From Bilabrum cf. latius (Eukaryota), in the NCBI GenBank assembly GCA_965178125.1, contig OZ237741.1, positions 1,054,001-1,118,000 on the forward strand: a DNA stretch of 64,000 nt, in the 5' to 3' direction. The translations under genes and the position numbers were made by a program. This document shows, piece by piece, positions 62,201 to 64,000 of this stretch. Position 1 is the first letter of the stretch. Each line of letters begins with the position of its first letter. The notes beneath the pieces are model-generated. The model made no database searches, was not told the origin of the DNA, and saw nothing but the letters and a program-made list of their open reading frames with translations.

Positions 62201-64000
62201 GAAAACTCGTGCAGCTGGGCAGTTGCAAGAGCGTCGCTGCCATCAGAGAGGCCAGTAGCCGCAAAGAGACCAATTTTGGTTGGCGATGCGGTCGGAGGGC
62301 CGAGGGTGTAGCACGGAGCACTCCATGGTCCCGCGGGCCCGGCACCCACCTCATTGGATAGGCGGGCGCGCACAGCGACGAGGAGGTCGGAAGGGATCCC
62401 AGTGATACCGGCCGTTGTTGTGCTCCTGTCCGATACCGAGGCAGCGGTGGCATCAGCGGGTGGAAGCTCGACGTGGTGAGGATTCGGGAGGGCAGAGGGC
62501 AGCTCGGGGCCGGTGTGCCCGATCGGTACCTTGCAGGTCCCCATGGGCTCCTCTCCAAGCACTCCCTGAGGCACGCGCCCCTTTCCAAAGAGCGATGGTG
62601 GGGCGGCCTGCCACTCCAGCAGAACGTGCGTGGCCGCGCCGGGCAGCACGGACTAGAACGACTCCCTGGCAGCAGCAGGGTGCGGGTGAACTTCGCCACT
62701 CTTTGATGCTTCGAGCCTAGCCCGCAATGCACTCGAGGAAGAAGACAGAAGGTCTGGCGCCCTGGATGGAGCAGCCGTGGGCCGCCCCAGCGTAGCCACG
62801 CAATCGCTGCATGGCGTTTTGGGTCCCTCCCCGGCGGCGTTGACGGTGGCCACAGCAAACTCGTACTTCGTCTCAGGGCGGAGATCACCCACGACTGCTT
62901 GATTTTCAGCGCCTTGTGACACCCCTTCGCCGTGATTGACCCCAGTGTGCATGGGGCCACTCCACTCGGGCTCTTTGCCCAATCCAGCACCGTCCCGGCC
63001 GGCTGCAGCAGCTGCACTGTTGCCTCCATCTTCGCTCGGCTTCACGGGATTGTCCCGCGCCGACTCGCCAGTTGCCCTTACACCATCGATTGCCGGCCTC
63101 CAGTAGAGCATGTACCCAGTGGGTGCGTCGTCATCATCCCCGACCTAGGCAACCCCCCAGTTGACGGTGATGCTGCTGCTGCTGCGGCTGGCGGCAACCG
63201 GGCTAGACGCCGGTGGTAGAGTCGGGGGTCCGAGCGTACGGATGCTCTCGCTCCAAGGGCCCGGAGGTCCCCGCCCGACCGTGCTTATTTCAGACAGTCT
63301 GACCTGAATGTCAGTGCCCGAAGGGAGGTGCTCTAGTCGGCCTGCCAGCGCCTGCGTGATTCCAGCAGCGGCTTGAACGCACGTATCCAAGGAAATGTCA
63401 AGTGTCCCACCCCTGCGAAACCCACCTGGCGTGCCGCCGCCATCTCCGTCCTCTCTTTCCGCTGCTTTCCATTCAAGCTGAAACGCAACGGCCGGCGATT
63501 CGATGGCGGAGGGCTTCCTCGCTGGCCACCCAACCACGAGGGCACAGCGCTCTCGATGCACCGAGACAGGCCGACCGCCCGGGTGCAGGGGCGGACCAAG
63601 CGTGCGGAAAACAGTGCTCCATTCGCCCGGCACGCCCCTGCCTGCCCCCGACTCGCCCAAAACACGCACAATGTACGCACGGCCGGGGGTCAGCCCCGCC
63701 AGCTTGGTCGCAACGGCGCTCGAGGACACCGTCACCGCTCCGCACGGGGGATCGGGGTCCTCCGTGCTGACTCCAGACCCCACCTCGGGGCGGTCTCCCC
63801 GGGCCACAAAGGCCGCCATGGCAGTCTCGGCAGCCAGGAGTCGGTCGGCTGGCACGGCATCCCCGTCTTGGATTCCTGCTGCAGCAGCATCACTAGCACC
63901 AGCACCAGCACCAGCACCAGCACGAGCGACAGGGGAAGACCCTCGATCGTCCATGCCTGCACCAGACGCGGGCGCCTGGCCTCCTTCAGACTATGACAAG
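59278..64000 (-). CDS. 3' part of a large fibronectin type III repeat protein with an (Ala-Pro)n stalk and C-terminal double zinc ribbon
   Basis: FN3 motifs GLTPGRAYIVRVLGESGAGRG, DLRPETKYEFAVATVNAAGEG and RLSPGVGYSVQFAAV. The C-terminus has CPAC...CSQCG and CGEC...CTECG. One frame with only TAG interruptions to TGA 59278; the 5' end lies outside the window. Confidence 0.82.
59708..60066. repeat. (GCAGGT)n hexamer microsatellite, ~50+ units, encoding (Ala-Pro)n on the minus strand
   Basis: Near-perfect run at 59723-60039 with degenerate flanks; in frame with the FN3 gene. Confidence 0.97.

Noticed and set aside
1-64000. Region of pseudogenes with many nonsense mutations
   Set aside because: The interruptions are exclusively TAG (apart from two Sec TGAs), there are no frameshifts over tens of kb, and catalytic motifs are intact.
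1-64000. Code-15 bacteriophage or prokaryotic DNA
   Set aside because: Spliceosomal introns that restore conserved motifs, a eukaryotic SECIS and eukaryotic gene families indicate nuclear DNA.
1-64000. Ciliate-type code (TAA and TAG = Gln), or TAG = Leu, Glu or pyrrolysine
   Set aside because: No internal in-frame TAA was found and TAA ends two genes. The most conserved TAG positions correspond to Gln.

Overview
Gene-dense, GC-rich eukaryotic (protist-like) nuclear DNA with short intergenic spacers and a few short GT-AG introns (84-144 nt). The supplied ORF track is fragmented because this genome appears to use a variant nuclear genetic code. TAG is read as glutamine, while TAA and TGA still terminate genes. 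With TAG=Gln the fragments join into about 13 long genes: two tandem membrane pseudo-cyclase/kinase paralogues, an MGMT-DUF1445 fusion, a PTPDC1-like phosphatase, a GH110-like glycosidase, an N-acylglucosamine 2-epimerase, an NNMT-family methyltransferase, a ~7000-aa BIRC6-like UBC protein, an Nma111-like protease, an ankyrin/PINK1-like kinase, selenoprotein L, a small secreted TPR-like protein and an FN3/zinc-ribbon protein. An orphan pyruvate carboxylase fragment lies between the two paralogues. The selenoprotein L gene uses all three canonical stop codons with three meanings (TAG=Gln, TGA=Sec twice in a UxxU motif, TAA=stop) and is followed by a clear SECIS element. All family assignments come from manual translation and remembered motifs; no database search was run.
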